Of a stretch of 64,000 nt of DNA, positions 21,349-32,043 are shown one piece after another (within the stretch, counting starts at the first letter, position 1; each line of letters starts with the position of its first letter). The stretch comes from Parvibaculaceae bacterium. GTDB taxonomy: Bacteria > Pseudomonadota > Alphaproteobacteria > JAPOUT01. The notes under the pieces were generated by a model. That model was not told where the DNA came from. It did not search any database and saw only the letters and a program-made list of their open reading frames with translations. The stretch spans positions 211,445 to 275,444 of the forward strand of contig OY734805.1 of assembly GCA_963457525.1 (NCBI GenBank), written 5' to 3'. A program made the translations under genes and the position numbers.

Positions 21349-22580
21349 GTAAAGCACCCCTTTCCAACCGTTTTGACGAAGGTCCCGACGAACGGGGGCA
21401 TTTCGGCATCTTCGGCGGACGCTTCGTCGCCGAAACGCTCATGCCCCTGATTCTCGACCTTGAAAAAGCATACGATGCGGCCAAGGAGGATGAATCCTTT
21501 CAGCAATCGCTGCGTGACTTCTCCAGCCATTACGCCGGACGACCCTCGCCGCTCTACTTCGCCGAACGCCTGAGCGAACACCTCGGCGGCGCGAAGGTTT
21601 ATTTCAAGCGCGACGAACTCAACCACACGGGCTCGCACAAAATCAACAATTGCCTCGGGCAAATCCTTCTCGCCCAACGAATGGGCAAAACCCGAATCAT
21701 CGCCGAAACCGGAGCGGGCCAGCATGGTGTTGCCGTAGCGACCGTGTGCGCACGCTTCAACCTTCCTTGCCGGGTTTACATGGGAGCCAAGGACATCACG
21801 CGGCAAAAGCCCAACGTGTTTCGCATGCGCCTGCTCGGCGCCGAAGTCATCGCCGTCGAGAGCGGCGCGGGAACGCTCAAGGACGCGATGAACGAGGCGT
21901 TGCGCGACTGGGTCGCAAATGTTGAGAACACCTTCTACATCATCGGAACCGTGGCGGGCCCCCACCCCTACCCCGCAATGGTGCGGGACTTCCAATCCGT
22001 TATCGGCAAAGAAGTCCGCGAGCAAATCATCGAGCGGGAAGGCCGGCTGCCCGACAGTCTCGTTGCCTGCATCGGCGGCGGATCAAACGCATTGGGCTTG
22101 TTTCATCCGTTCCTGCAAGATGAGGACGTGCGCATGTTCGGCGTCGAGGCGGGAGGTCACGGGCTGGAAGGGGATGCACATTCGGCCTCGCTGAGCGGCG
22201 GCACGCCCGGCGTCCTGCACGGCAACCGGACCTATCTTTTGCAAAACGGCGACGGACAGATACTGGAGGGGCACAGTATTTCCGCAGGACTCGATTATCC
22301 CGGCGTCGGCCCCGAACACGCCTGGCTCAAGGACAGCGGGCGTGTTTCTTATGTTGCCGTCGGCGACGACGAAGCACTGGAAGCGTTTCATTTGTGCGCG
22401 CGTCTGGAAGGCATCCTGCCGGCGCTCGAGCCCTCGCATGCGCTGGCGCATGTCTGCAAAATTGCGCCGCAGTCCTCCGGCGATCATTTGATTGTCATGA
22501 ACCTGTGCGGCCGGGGCGACAAGGACATCTTCACCGTCGCCGAGCATAGCGGCGGCATGGACGGAGTCATCGACTCATGA
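21345..22580 (+). CDS. trpB: Tryptophan synthase beta chain
   Basis: [38 protein letters not shown]. Confidence 0.98.
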   Translation: MSKAPLSNRFDEGPDERGHFGIFGGRFVAETLMPLILDLEKAYDAAKEDESFQQSLRDFSSHYAGRPSPLYFAERLSEHLGGAKVYFKRDELNHTGSHKINNCLGQILLAQRMGKTRIIAETGAGQHGVAVATVCARFNLPCRVYMGAKDITRQKPNVFRMRLLGAEVIAVESGAGTLKDAMNEALRDWVANVENTFYIIGTVAGPHPYPAMVRDFQSVIGKEVREQIIEREGRLPDSLVACIGGGSNALGLFHPFLQDEDVRMFGVEAGGHGLEGDAHSASLSGGTPGVLHGNRTYLLQNGDGQILEGHSISAGLDYPGVGPEHAWLKDSGRVSYVAVGDDEALEAFHLCARLEGILPALEPSHALAHVCKIAPQSSGDHLIVMNLCGRGDKDIFTVAEHSGGMDGVIDS

Positions 22581-23392
22581 GCGGCACGCGCATCGACAAA
22601 CGGTTTGGAGAACTTCGAAAGCAGGGACGGGCCGGCCTGGTCACCTTTCTTGTCGCGGGCGATCCTGACTTTGACACCTGCCTGGAGTGCCTGCGCACGC
22701 TTCCCGAAAACGGCGCGGACATTATCGAGCTCGGCATGCCGTTCAGCGATCCCATGGCGGACGGGCCCGCCATCCAGGCCGGATCAACGCGAGCCCTCCA
22801 AAACGGCGCCTCCATGCCGCGCACCCTTGAACTGCTGCGGCGCTTTCGCGCCGAAGACGCCACAACGCCCGTCGTGTTGATGGGTTATTACAATCCCATC
22901 TACATCTACGGCGTTGAGCGCTTCTTGGACGATGCGGCCGAAGCGGGCGTGGACGGCCTGATTCTCGTTGATTTGCCTCCCGAAGAAAGTGACGAGATTT
23001 TGCCCCAGGCGCAAAAACGCGGCATTGATTTCATCCGCCTGGTCACACCGACCACCGACAGCGCGCGCCTGCCCGCCATCCTTGATGGCGCGAGCGGATT
23101 CTTATATTATGTTTCCATTGCCGGTATCACCGGGACCAAGGCTCCGAATACCGACAAAGTGCGCAAGTCCATCGAGGCGCTGCGACAACACAGCCGGCTT
23201 CCCGTCGCCGTGGGCTTCGGCATCCGAAATGCCGAACAAGCGGGCGCGCTGGGATTGCTTGCCGACGGCATTGTCGTCGGTTCCGCGCTGGTCGAACGCA
23301 TCGCAGACCCCGAAACGCGGGACGGCATTCCCGGTCTTGTCGCCGAACTCGCTAACGCATTGCGCTCTCAAAGTAGAAAGGCCGCGTCATGA
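22577..23392 (+). CDS. trpA: Tryptophan synthase alpha chain
   Basis: [38 protein letters not shown]. Confidence 0.97.
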   Translation: MSGTRIDKRFGELRKQGRAGLVTFLVAGDPDFDTCLECLRTLPENGADIIELGMPFSDPMADGPAIQAGSTRALQNGASMPRTLELLRRFRAEDATTPVVLMGYYNPIYIYGVERFLDDAAEAGVDGLILVDLPPEESDEILPQAQKRGIDFIRLVTPTTDSARLPAILDGASGFLYYVSIAGITGTKAPNTDKVRKSIEALRQHSRLPVAVGFGIRNAEQAGALGLLADGIVVGSALVERIADPETRDGIPGLVAELANALRSQSRKAAS

Positions 23393-24321
23393 ACTGGATT
23401 AAGAACCTCATCCGTCCGAAACTGCAACGGATGTTCAATTGGCGGGAAACCCCCGACAATCTCTGGCACAAGTGCACCTCCTGCGGCAACATGATTTTCC
23501 ACAGGGAGCTCAAAGCGAACCTGTACGTATGTCCGGGCTGCAATTTGCACATGAAAATGCCCGCATCCGAGCGCTTCGACGCGCTCTTTGACGGCGGCGC
23601 GTATGATTCGATCGACACGCCCGACATTCCCAACGACCCTCTTGAATTCCGCGACAAGCAGCGATACAAGAAGCGCCTTGAAGATGCCCGCCGCAAAACC
23701 GGCACCAAGGATTCCGTCGAACTCGCGCACGGGAAACTTCGGGGCGTTGAAACCGTCATCGCCGTGCAGGATTTCGCATTCATGGGAGGATCGCTTGGAA
23801 CCGCGGCCGGCGAAGCCATCATCCGCGGCGCGCAAACCGCCCTTCAACACAAATGCGCATACATCATCATCACATCATCGGGCGGCGCGCGCATGCAGGA
23901 GGGAATCCTCTCTCTCATGCAGCTGCCCCGCACGACCATCGCAATACAGGCGCTTCAGGATGCGCGGCTTCCGTACCTCTGCGTTCTCGCGGATCCGACC
24001 ACGGGAGGCGTCACCGCTTCCTATGCAATGCTGGGAGACGTCCAAATCGCCGAAACCGGTGCGCTGATAGGATTTGCAGGACCGCGCGTTATCGAACAAG
24101 TTATCCGCGAAACCCTCCCCGAGGGATTCCAACGCGCCGAATATCTGCTCGAACACGGCATGCTCGATATCGTCGTCCATCGAAAGGATTTGCGTGACAC
24201 GCTTGGACGCCTCCTCCAGCTTATGACGGAGTCCCTGCACCGTCGGAACGGCGGCGTCGCACGCATCGAGTCGACGGAAAAAGCTTCGAGCGCAAGCGGT
24301 GAAGAGATCTCCCCCGCCTGA
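23389..24321 (+). CDS. accD: Acetyl-CoA carboxylase carboxyltransferase beta subunit
   Basis: Zn ribbon (KCTSC...CPGC), FMGGSLG, SGGARMQEG, PTTGGVTAS. Confidence 0.97.
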   Translation: MNWIKNLIRPKLQRMFNWRETPDNLWHKCTSCGNMIFHRELKANLYVCPGCNLHMKMPASERFDALFDGGAYDSIDTPDIPNDPLEFRDKQRYKKRLEDARRKTGTKDSVELAHGKLRGVETVIAVQDFAFMGGSLGTAAGEAIIRGAQTALQHKCAYIIITSSGGARMQEGILSLMQLPRTTIAIQALQDARLPYLCVLADPTTGGVTASYAMLGDVQIAETGALIGFAGPRVIEQVIRETLPEGFQRAEYLLEHGMLDIVVHRKDLRDTLGRLLQLMTESLHRRNGGVARIESTEKASSASGEEISPA

Positions 24322-25630
24322 TTGCGCCGACTTCGTCTCCCGAAACGAAGCAATCCTCGAGCGCTTTCTCGCGCTTCATCCCAAAATCATCGATCTCTCG
24401 CTTGCACGCGTCGAGACCCTTCTCGAGCGTCTGGGAAATCCCCATGAACATCTGCCTCCCGTCTTTCATGTCGCGGGCACCAACGGCAAGGGCTCAACCA
24501 TCGCGTTTTTGGACGCCTGCCTGCAAGCGGACGGCCGGCGCGTGCATGCGTATACTTCGCCGCATCTGGTTGGTTTCAACGAGCGGATCCGCCTGGGCGG
24601 CGAGGCGATACATCCCGAGCGGCTTTATCAACTGCTGCACCATTGCGAAGAGGTCAACGGCGGCGATGCGATCACCTACTTCGAGATTACCAGCGCGGCG
24701 GCATTTTTGGCGTTTCGCGAAACTCCTGCGGATGTTTTGCTGCTGGAAGTGGGACTCGGAGGGCGGCTGGACGCCACCAACGTTGTAGCGCACCCGGAGA
24801 TATGCATACTCACGCCGATCGGTTTGGATCATCAGCAATTTTTGGGTGAAAGCATTGAAGAGATTGCCGCGGAGAAGGCGGGCATTCTCAAAGAGGGCAT
24901 CGGCGCGGTGATTGCACCGCAGGAAACGGCGGCATCACAAATCATCGAAGCGCGCGCGGAAGAATTAAACGCTCCTTTATATCGTTACGGAAAAGAGTGG
25001 CGCATCTCCCGGCAAGGGAACGGCCTGCGTTACGAAGACGAAAAGGGCGTTGTCGAACTGCCCTTGCCCGGGCTGTTCGGAGCGCACCAGATCATCAATG
25101 CCGGCGCCGCCGTTGCGGCCTTGCGGCATTCGCGCTTTGCCGGAATCAATGCCGATGCCCTCAAGCGCGGAGTCGAACGGGCGCGCTGGCGCGCCCGGCT
25201 GCAACGGCTGGAAAGCGGCGCTTTGTTTGAAGCGGTCGGAGAGGGAGAATTATGGCTGGACGGCGGGCACAATCCGGCGGCGGCCCGCATCTTGCGCGAA
25301 GCAATGGAAGAAATGAACAAGACGCGCCCGAACAAGCCGTTGCATCTGGTAGCGGGAATGATGGATACGAAAGACGCGCAGGGATTTTTTGCGGAATTTA
25401 AAGACCTGGCGCAAAGCATCGCCACGGTTCCGATTCCCACGGAACAGCGCAGCGCATCGGCGAAATCCCTGCTGGCAGAAGCACAAACCGCCGGCATCAA
25501 AGGCGAAGCGTTCGACTCCCTGCTCGAGGCATGCCGCGCGGGAGAAGGATGCCGGGTGCTATTGTGCGGATCCTTGTATCTCGCCGGCTATGCGCTCGCC
25601 GAATACGGAAACCAACCGGAAAGACGATAG
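24299..25630 (+). CDS. folC: Folylpolyglutamate/dihydrofolate synthase
   Basis: HVAGTNGKGS, YTSPHL, EVGLGGRLDATN, LDGGHN, CGSLYLAG. Confidence 0.96.
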   Translation: MKRSPPPDCADFVSRNEAILERFLALHPKIIDLSLARVETLLERLGNPHEHLPPVFHVAGTNGKGSTIAFLDACLQADGRRVHAYTSPHLVGFNERIRLGGEAIHPERLYQLLHHCEEVNGGDAITYFEITSAAAFLAFRETPADVLLLEVGLGGRLDATNVVAHPEICILTPIGLDHQQFLGESIEEIAAEKAGILKEGIGAVIAPQETAASQIIEARAEELNAPLYRYGKEWRISRQGNGLRYEDEKGVVELPLPGLFGAHQIINAGAAVAALRHSRFAGINADALKRGVERARWRARLQRLESGALFEAVGEGELWLDGGHNPAAARILREAMEEMNKTRPNKPLHLVAGMMDTKDAQGFFAEFKDLAQSIATVPIPTEQRSASAKSLLAEAQTAGIKGEAFDSLLEACRAGEGCRVLLCGSLYLAGYALAEYGNQPERR

Positions 25631-25707
25631 ACGACAGCCCGCAAACCGCTTTGGAATCCGGTCTTGCGGTGGCGGTAATCTATTTGAGGCTGTTGAAAAG
25701 AAGTCGA

Positions 25708-25746
25708 GGCTGCCGACTCCACGAGAGGAGATGTGGAGCGGCAGCC
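25708..25746 (-). terminator. Hairpin between convergent folC and autotransporter
   Basis: GGCTGCCG(A)CTCCAC...GTGGAGCGGCAGCC inverted repeat with T-rich flanks on both strands. Confidence 0.55.
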
Positions 25747-25828
25747 CCTTTAACCCGTATGCCCCGAGCCGGGGTTGCGTCCCGACGACGGCCCGGACGG
25801 ACGGAGGGAATCGGTTTGCACAAACATC

Positions 25829-28800
25829 TTAGAACCGGTATTTGAAGCCGAGGCTTCCCCTGTAATCTTCCACTTCGCTCCCCTGGCGCGAGGAGACGTC
25901 CGCCGAGATCGTGTAGGTGTGGTCTTCCCGCTCCCACGTGTAGAACACGCCCACGCCCGTATCCAGAACAAGGTCCTCCAGTTCGGAGGGCTGATTCACG
26001 CCGTCCACTTGCGTGACAACCTTTCCGTCCAGCGGAACGATGACATCCGCGTTCGTCTGCAAACGCACCGAAGCGGGCGCAAGGAAATCATGGAACACGA
26101 CCCTCTCCCACAGCGCCTCCACCACGGTCCCCAAACGACCGTTGGCAACGCTGCCGTCGTCCAGCGAGATGCTCCTGCCGTCGGAGGCGATGAAGTCCGA
26201 GAAGCCGACCTGGCTCCACGAAACCTGCGCCGAGGGCGTGATGAGAATGTTCGACAACACCCCGCGGTCCAGCCATTTGCCCAGCCGCAGGTCTCCCGCC
26301 TCAAAGACAAGGCCCACCTCAAGGCCCGCCGAGAAGGAATCGGCGGTCGGGGAGGCAAGCTTCGTGCCGTCCGCGGCGTCCAGATTGTTGTCGAATCGGG
26401 CGTATTGGAACTGTCCGTCCACATAGAGTTCATCGCGTTCCCAGGTTGCGGCAAATCCCGCGATGAGCGCGTTGGTCTCAATCTCCTGCGTTTCTCCCAT
26501 GATCATAGCCTCGGTGTCGGCGGTCTGGATGGTGATGTTCGCATCCAGCGTGACGGGCTCGGTGAAGCCCATGCGTTCGGCACGCAGGGGGGTCTGAACC
26601 CCGAAGGTGACGTTGCGAATGCCGGTCTCAAAGGATGCCGCGCTGGGCTCGACGGAGAGGTTTCCGGTTTGGATCCTGCCCCATACGCCCGTGTCCGCCT
26701 GGAAGCTGCGGTTGCGCGTTCTGGCGTGCATGGACTCGGGCTGCCCGAGATGCGCGAGGACCGCCGGAAGCGTGTCAAAGAGGGTCGCGGGACCGGCGAG
26801 AACGGCAGGACCGCCGGGGTCGCCGGGACCGCCGCCTGTGCCTGCATCCAGCATCGGCGTTGCCCGAACGCTCCAAGTCGGTATTGCAAGGGGGTCGTCG
26901 CACCCGACGCAGACGAGCTCGAGCCTCCAGTTTCCATAATCCATTCCGTTGTCCAGCCATGCCCCCGCAACGAAATGGTCCTTGCCGAGGGAGCCGAGGC
27001 CGTGGGTTTGGATTACCTGCCCGATGGTGATTGAACCGTCTCCGTCCGTGTCATACATTGCGTTCACCTCACCGTCTTCATTGAGAAGGCTACGAAGTCC
27101 GCCACTCGCACGAACGTTGACGGGGATCCGCATGGCCGAGTTGTGCAGATTGTTTAGTGCCAATCGTGCAGAGCTCCGCTCCCTGTCGCCGTTGGCGAAA
27201 TTAATGTCCATTTCAATCTCGCCGCCCATTCCCCTGAGAACGGCGAGTTGGACCTGCTGGGTGTCGGATATGCCGGAGAATACGAGCCGGCCGTGAAGAT
27301 CGACGGGTATGGCGTTGAGGCCCGTGCCCGTGGCAAACTCGACTCTCGAATTGTCGGCGATGACGATGCTGTCGCCGCCGTCAAAATTATGGAGACTGTT
27401 GGCACTCGCTTGTGTTGAGCGGTTGCTCCACCTGATAGGATTTGCGGTGAGGTCCCCCTCGATCCGGATTGCAACGTTTCCGGCGGTGCCTTTTTCAATG
27501 CGTCCTGTGATGTCCGCGCCGCCCCTCAGAATGACGGTGTGGTTGCCCGCGCCGCCAAATTTAATGGCGTCTCCGCCGGCTCCGCCGGTGGCGCTGATTG
27601 CCCCGCTGATGTCGAGAGTCGTTCCTCCGGTGGCAGCAGAAGCGTCAATGGTTCCCCCGACATTTCCGCTTGTTCCCACGGTGACGGTGTGGGCCTCCGC
27701 GCCGCCAAGTTCGATGGCGTTTCCACTGGTAACGGTGATCGTGCCGTCAATGTTGAGTTCCACCCCGTTAATCTTGACGCCTTGCCCCGCGGTGCCGGTG
27801 GCGTCAATTTTTCCATTGAGGGTTCCGCCTTGTTCCAAGGTGACAACGTGACCGCCCGAAACGCTACTGCCGCTTACTAAAGAAACCGCAGTTCCGCCCG
27901 TACCGGTGACGCTGCTGCTGATGTCGAGGTTCATGGCGGCGCTGCCGGCGTTATTCATTCGAACACCAATGTGGCCGCTGACCGTATTGTTGATGTCTAT
28001 CTCCGTTTCCACTCCGTTATTGCTTTCGGGCCTGGAATAGACCGCGGCATGGGACGCATGGGTAATGTTGATGGTTCCGTCAACGGTGATGCGCGTGCCG
28101 CCTCTGCCGCCGTTGCCGAGAACTCTGCCTTGGCCCGTAATCGTTGCGCCACTGCCGATGGTTATATCCAACAACCCCCTGCCGATATGGGTTCCTCCGA
28201 ATGCACGAGCAAAGCTCTGGTTGTTGAGGATGTTAACATTGCCGTTGAGAGTGAGAGTCATAGCGCCGGCATTGGTGTTGTTGGACGAAATAAGCGTTCC
28301 GCGAGCATTATATCCGCCGAATATGTCGCCGTTGACAGTAACGTTCGTGTTGCCCGTGCCTGACTGTACAAATTGGATTCCGTTATAGTAAAGCCTGCCG
28401 GCATCGGTATTTATGCCTAGGTCGCCGTTTACGGTGACGGTCACGTCGGTCGCTCCACTGATTGTGCCCAAATGAATGGCGCTACCTCCCGCCCTGTTGT
28501 CCGTTCCGGCGTTTTTATCGATCGATCCTGCCTGGCCGTTGCCGATCGAAGTGATGACGGAGTCCTCCCCCGTCGTGACAGTGAGCGAACCCGTTCCGTC
28601 ATGGTCAATCTCCAGGGCGTTGTTTTCAGCGGTGATGTCGCCGTCCAAATCAACGCTGATGTCGGTGGTGGTGGTGCCCGATGTGACAACGAGACCCTTG
28701 CCGGACGTAACTTCCAAACCGAAAGCCGCGTCATCCGTAATACTCAGAGCCGTGTTTGCTACTGCCGCCGTTACTTCACGGGTCATATCCGATGAAGAAT

Positions 28801-29080
28801 TCGCCGCGCCCGTGCATACTACGTGGTGTCCGTTAGCGGGACTGACACCTCCCCGCGAAGTGTCAAGCTCACAGTTACCCGCTTCAACCGGCAATGTCGT
28901 TGCCAGCAACGCGCCAAGCGCAAGCGCCGATGCGCCGACCAGAAACGGCGCAAAGGAGATTAGACCTTTTGAGGTTTTTCTAAGTCGTCCGCCTCGAATT
29001 AAGTTCGGGGGGGGGGGGGGGGGGGGGGGGGATTTCATGACCGCCGAAGTTGCGACGATCGCGGAGTGAAACAGGTTCAT
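25829..29080 (-). CDS. Classical autotransporter (type Va): Gly/Thr/Asn-rich beta-helical passenger + C-terminal beta-barrel
   Basis: Extended signal peptide (...FLVGASALALGALLATTLPVEA), repetitive passenger, barrel ending YRGSLGFKYRF. Start placed at ATG 29080 because the ORF-track GTG 29137 lies inside the predicted promoter. Confidence 0.88.
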   Translation of the reverse strand: MNLFHSAIVATSAVMKSPPPPPPPPNLIRGGRLRKTSKGLISFAPFLVGASALALGALLATTLPVEAGNCELDTSRGGVSPANGHHVVCTGAANSSSDMTREVTAAVANTALSITDDAAFGLEVTSGKGLVVTSGTTTTDISVDLDGDITAENNALEIDHDGTGSLTVTTGEDSVITSIGNGQAGSIDKNAGTDNRAGGSAIHLGTISGATDVTVTVNGDLGINTDAGRLYYNGIQFVQSGTGNTNVTVNGDIFGGYNARGTLISSNNTNAGAMTLTLNGNVNILNNQSFARAFGGTHIGRGLLDITIGSGATITGQGRVLGNGGRGGTRITVDGTINITHASHAAVYSRPESNNGVETEIDINNTVSGHIGVRMNNAGSAAMNLDISSSVTGTGGTAVSLVSGSSVSGGHVVTLEQGGTLNGKIDATGTAGQGVKINGVELNIDGTITVTSGNAIELGGAEAHTVTVGTSGNVGGTIDASAATGGTTLDISGAISATGGAGGDAIKFGGAGNHTVILRGGADITGRIEKGTAGNVAIRIEGDLTANPIRWSNRSTQASANSLHNFDGGDSIVIADNSRVEFATGTGLNAIPVDLHGRLVFSGISDTQQVQLAVLRGMGGEIEMDINFANGDRERSSARLALNNLHNSAMRIPVNVRASGGLRSLLNEDGEVNAMYDTDGDGSITIGQVIQTHGLGSLGKDHFVAGAWLDNGMDYGNWRLELVCVGCDDPLAIPTWSVRATPMLDAGTGGGPGDPGGPAVLAGPATLFDTLPAVLAHLGQPESMHARTRNRSFQADTGVWGRIQTGNLSVEPSAASFETGIRNVTFGVQTPLRAERMGFTEPVTLDANITIQTADTEAMIMGETQEIETNALIAGFAATWERDELYVDGQFQYARFDNNLDAADGTKLASPTADSFSAGLEVGLVFEAGDLRLGKWLDRGVLSNILITPSAQVSWSQVGFSDFIASDGRSISLDDGSVANGRLGTVVEALWERVVFHDFLAPASVRLQTNADVIVPLDGKVVTQVDGVNQPSELEDLVLDTGVGVFYTWEREDHTYTISADVSSRQGSEVEDYRGSLGFKYRF
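29007..29031 (-). repeat. Poly-G on + strand / poly-C on coding strand (25 nt), encoding Pro8
   Basis: Counted directly; in frame (TCC-CCCx7-CCG) in the N-region of the signal peptide. Confidence 0.9.
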
Positions 29081-29124
29081 TCGGTGAGCCCTCTCTTGTG
29101 CTGATAAAACAAAACTATGGACCG

Positions 29125-29153
29125 ATTTTATCGACACGCCTTGCGATAGTCAA
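29125..29153 (-). promoter_or_regulatory. Sigma70-like promoter of the autotransporter
   Basis: Minus strand TTGACT-N17-TAAAAT. Confidence 0.6.
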
Positions 29154-29239
29154 GAAATATTTTCACTCGTTCGCTTTCGCCCCAATTGGCGGGAAATCGG
29201 CGCAATTCGGCGGAAATCCGCCCCGGAACCCCTGCCCCG

Positions 29240-31024
29240 CTAGAATGAATTGCTCTCGGCGCACTCGGCGACATCCTCGACCAGCAACCGCAGGCGACGG
29301 GAGCCGCGCCATTCGGATGCATCCAAACGTCCGGCAACATGCAAACGGCGGTCTCCCCACAACGCCTCTCCCATCGGCGTGTTCACGGAACGAAACGCCA
29401 TTGCGCGCAAGCTTCCCCCGTCTTCACCGCTTAAAATGCACGAGATGTGATCCTGCGCTTTCCCGATAAAACGACTCTGGACCACACGGACACCCGCGAA
29501 TGCAAAACTCGGCGTTGCATTGCCTTTTCCGTACGGTCCTGCCTTCTCCAACAAATCATGCGCGGCAACATCCGCCGCACGCAAACCCAATACGCCATCG
29601 AGATAGTAAGGCTCGGACTCGCTCGCATCCGAATTCTCGCACCTCTCGCACAAAAACGCATGAAACTCTTCAACACGCGACTCCTCAAGCGAAAACCCCG
29701 CCGCCATTGCATGGCCGCCGCCCGAAAGTAAAATCCCCTTGTTCACCGCCGCAAGCACCGCCTCGCCCATGTCAAAACCGGCAACCGAACGACATGACCC
29801 GCGCAACATTCCCTCCTCTTTGCCCTCGCCCATCACAGCGCTCGCGCGCCAGTAGCGCTCCTTCAAGCGGTTCGCAACAATTCCGACAACTCCCGGATGC
29901 CATCTCTTGTCCCAAGCCACCACGACGCTATCATGCTGTCCCTGCCGGGACTCAACCTGGTGCGCGGCCTGTTCCATGACTTGCGCTTCAATGAATTGGC
30001 GCTCCCGGTTTAATTGAGATAACTTCATTGCCAAGGCGCAGGCCTCCTCGGGGTCGTCCGTGAATAGCAGGCGGACAGCCAAATCCGACTGGCCGATTCG
30101 CCCCGCCGCATTTATCCGGGGGCCCAGCACAAACCCGAACGCCTGTGCCCCTATATTGCCACCTTCCACGCCCGCTTCGCGCGCCAATGCGCGCAAACCC
30201 GGATTGCCTCCGCAACGTAAAACCCGCACGCCTCCTCGAACAAACGCGCGATTCAAAGCGACCAACGGAGTCATGTCACAAATTGTCGCAAGCGCAACCA
30301 AATCCAACAACTCTTTCAAATCGGGCCCTTCCTTGCCCCGCGTCCGCAGCGCACGATTGCACGCAACCAAAAGCAAAAACACCACGCCGGCCGAAGCCAG
30401 ATAATCCAAACCGCTGTCATCATCCGAACGCTTGGGGTTTACCAGCGCCCGGGTCGGCGGCAAATCACCCTCGGGACATTTGTGATGGTCTAAAACCAAA
30501 ACCTCCAAACCTTTTTCCTTGGCAAATTCCAAAGGCACATGCGCGCTCGCACCGCAATCCACCAGCACGACGACTTCAATGCCTTCCTTGTGCAGCTGCG
30601 CAAACGCCTCCTCGCTGGGGCCGTACCCCTCAAGCATGCGGTCGGGAATATAAGCGCGAACCTCGACTCCCAAAGATCCGAGATAACGCTGCAGCAGCGC
30701 GCACGACGTCGCCCCGTCGGCATCGTAATCCGCAAAGACCGCAATCTTGCGTCCGCATGCAACCGCATCCAGCAAACATTCGACCGCCTCCTCCATATCC
30801 GTGAGGCAAAAGGGGTCCGGCATCAAATCGCGCAAACGAGGCTCGAGATAGGAATCGCTTTCTTCGGCGCGAACGCCGCGACCCGCCAATATGCGTGCCA
30901 GCAATTCCGACATGCCGTTCTGCGTCATCGCGCGCAACTGCGCATCATCGCACGGCCGTGCCATCCAGCGGCGCCCCAGCACCGAGCGGTTCACGCCCAG
31001 CAACGCAGGAACTTCCGCGTCCAT
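29240..31024 (-). CDS. recJ: ssDNA exonuclease RecJ
   Basis: DYDADG, YIPDR..EGYG, DHH, PRINAAGR, GGHAMAAG. Confidence 0.96.
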   Translation of the reverse strand: MDAEVPALLGVNRSVLGRRWMARPCDDAQLRAMTQNGMSELLARILAGRGVRAEESDSYLEPRLRDLMPDPFCLTDMEEAVECLLDAVACGRKIAVFADYDADGATSCALLQRYLGSLGVEVRAYIPDRMLEGYGPSEEAFAQLHKEGIEVVVLVDCGASAHVPLEFAKEKGLEVLVLDHHKCPEGDLPPTRALVNPKRSDDDSGLDYLASAGVVFLLLVACNRALRTRGKEGPDLKELLDLVALATICDMTPLVALNRAFVRGGVRVLRCGGNPGLRALAREAGVEGGNIGAQAFGFVLGPRINAAGRIGQSDLAVRLLFTDDPEEACALAMKLSQLNRERQFIEAQVMEQAAHQVESRQGQHDSVVVAWDKRWHPGVVGIVANRLKERYWRASAVMGEGKEEGMLRGSCRSVAGFDMGEAVLAAVNKGILLSGGGHAMAAGFSLEESRVEEFHAFLCERCENSDASESEPYYLDGVLGLRAADVAAHDLLEKAGPYGKGNATPSFAFAGVRVVQSRFIGKAQDHISCILSGEDGGSLRAMAFRSVNTPMGEALWGDRRLHVAGRLDASEWRGSRRLRLLVEDVAECAESNSF

Positions 31025-31027
31025 TGG

Positions 31028-32017
31028 CTAACCGTTTTCTTTCTTGTTAATCCCGGGGCCGTGACGCGTACGAACCCAGCGAACCGTTCCGCTTGAAGAA
31101 CGCATCACGATGCTGTGCGTCGTCTTTACCTTTCCGTCGCGGCGAACGCCCGCAAGCATTGATCCGTCCGTGACACCCGTTGCCGAAAAGAAAACATCCT
31201 CGCCGACCATGCTCTCAAGGGGAATCTTCGCATGCACATCTTCGATGCCCATGCGTTTGGCGCGTTCTTTTTGCTCGGCGTTCGAGATGACAAGGCGGCC
31301 CTGCATCTGCCCGCCGATGCACCGCAACGCCGCAGCCGCAAGAACGCCCTCCGGCGCTCCGCCGATGCCCATGTAAATATCAATGCCCGTCGACGGCTCG
31401 GTCGTGTGAATGATGCCGGCAATGTCGCCGTCGCTGATCAGGGATATCGATACGCCGCACTCGCGCACCTGCCGGATGAGATCGGCATGGCGGGGACGGT
31501 CAAGAATGCACGCGCGAATGCGCTTCATTGCAACCCCCTTCGCATCGGCAAGACGCGCGATATTCTCCTTCGGCGAAGCGTCCAGATCGATAAGACCGGG
31601 AGGATAACCCGGTCCAACGGCGATCTTGTCCATGTAAACGTCCGGCGCATGCAATAACGCGCCGCGCCGGGCCATCGCTATCACCGTCATAGCATTGGCT
31701 TTCGCTTTTGCGGTCAGCGTCGTTCCTTCGAGGGGATCGAGCGCTATATCAAGTTTCGGACCCTTGCCCGTGCCGACCTTCTCGCCGATGAAAAGCATCG
31801 GGGCTTCGTCGCGCTCGCCTTCGCCGATGACAACCTCGCCATTAATATCGAGATAGTTCAACTCGCGACGCATCGCATCCACCGCCGCCTGGTCGGCCTC
31901 CTTCTCGCGTCCGTGCCCTATATGTTTGGAGGCGGCGATTGCCGCGCTCTCCGTGACGCGCACCAACTCCAGCGTCAGTATGCGGTCAATTGTGGTTTTC
32001 TGTTTCTTTGCAGCCAT
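31028..32017 (-). CDS. glpX: Class II fructose-1,6-bisphosphatase
   Basis: VVIGEGERDEAPML, DPLEGT, GGAPEGV, ATGVTDG. Confidence 0.96.
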   Translation of the reverse strand: MAAKKQKTTIDRILTLELVRVTESAAIAASKHIGHGREKEADQAAVDAMRRELNYLDINGEVVIGEGERDEAPMLFIGEKVGTGKGPKLDIALDPLEGTTLTAKAKANAMTVIAMARRGALLHAPDVYMDKIAVGPGYPPGLIDLDASPKENIARLADAKGVAMKRIRACILDRPRHADLIRQVRECGVSISLISDGDIAGIIHTTEPSTGIDIYMGIGGAPEGVLAAAALRCIGGQMQGRLVISNAEQKERAKRMGIEDVHAKIPLESMVGEDVFFSATGVTDGSMLAGVRRDGKVKTTHSIVMRSSSGTVRWVRTRHGPGINKKENG

Positions 32018-32043
32018 AAATTTGTTCTCCCTCGGTTACTCCA

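Noticed and set aside
25686..25699. GAGGCTGTTGAAAA resembles some IS terminal inverted repeats
   Set aside because: No partner repeat or transposase found in the window
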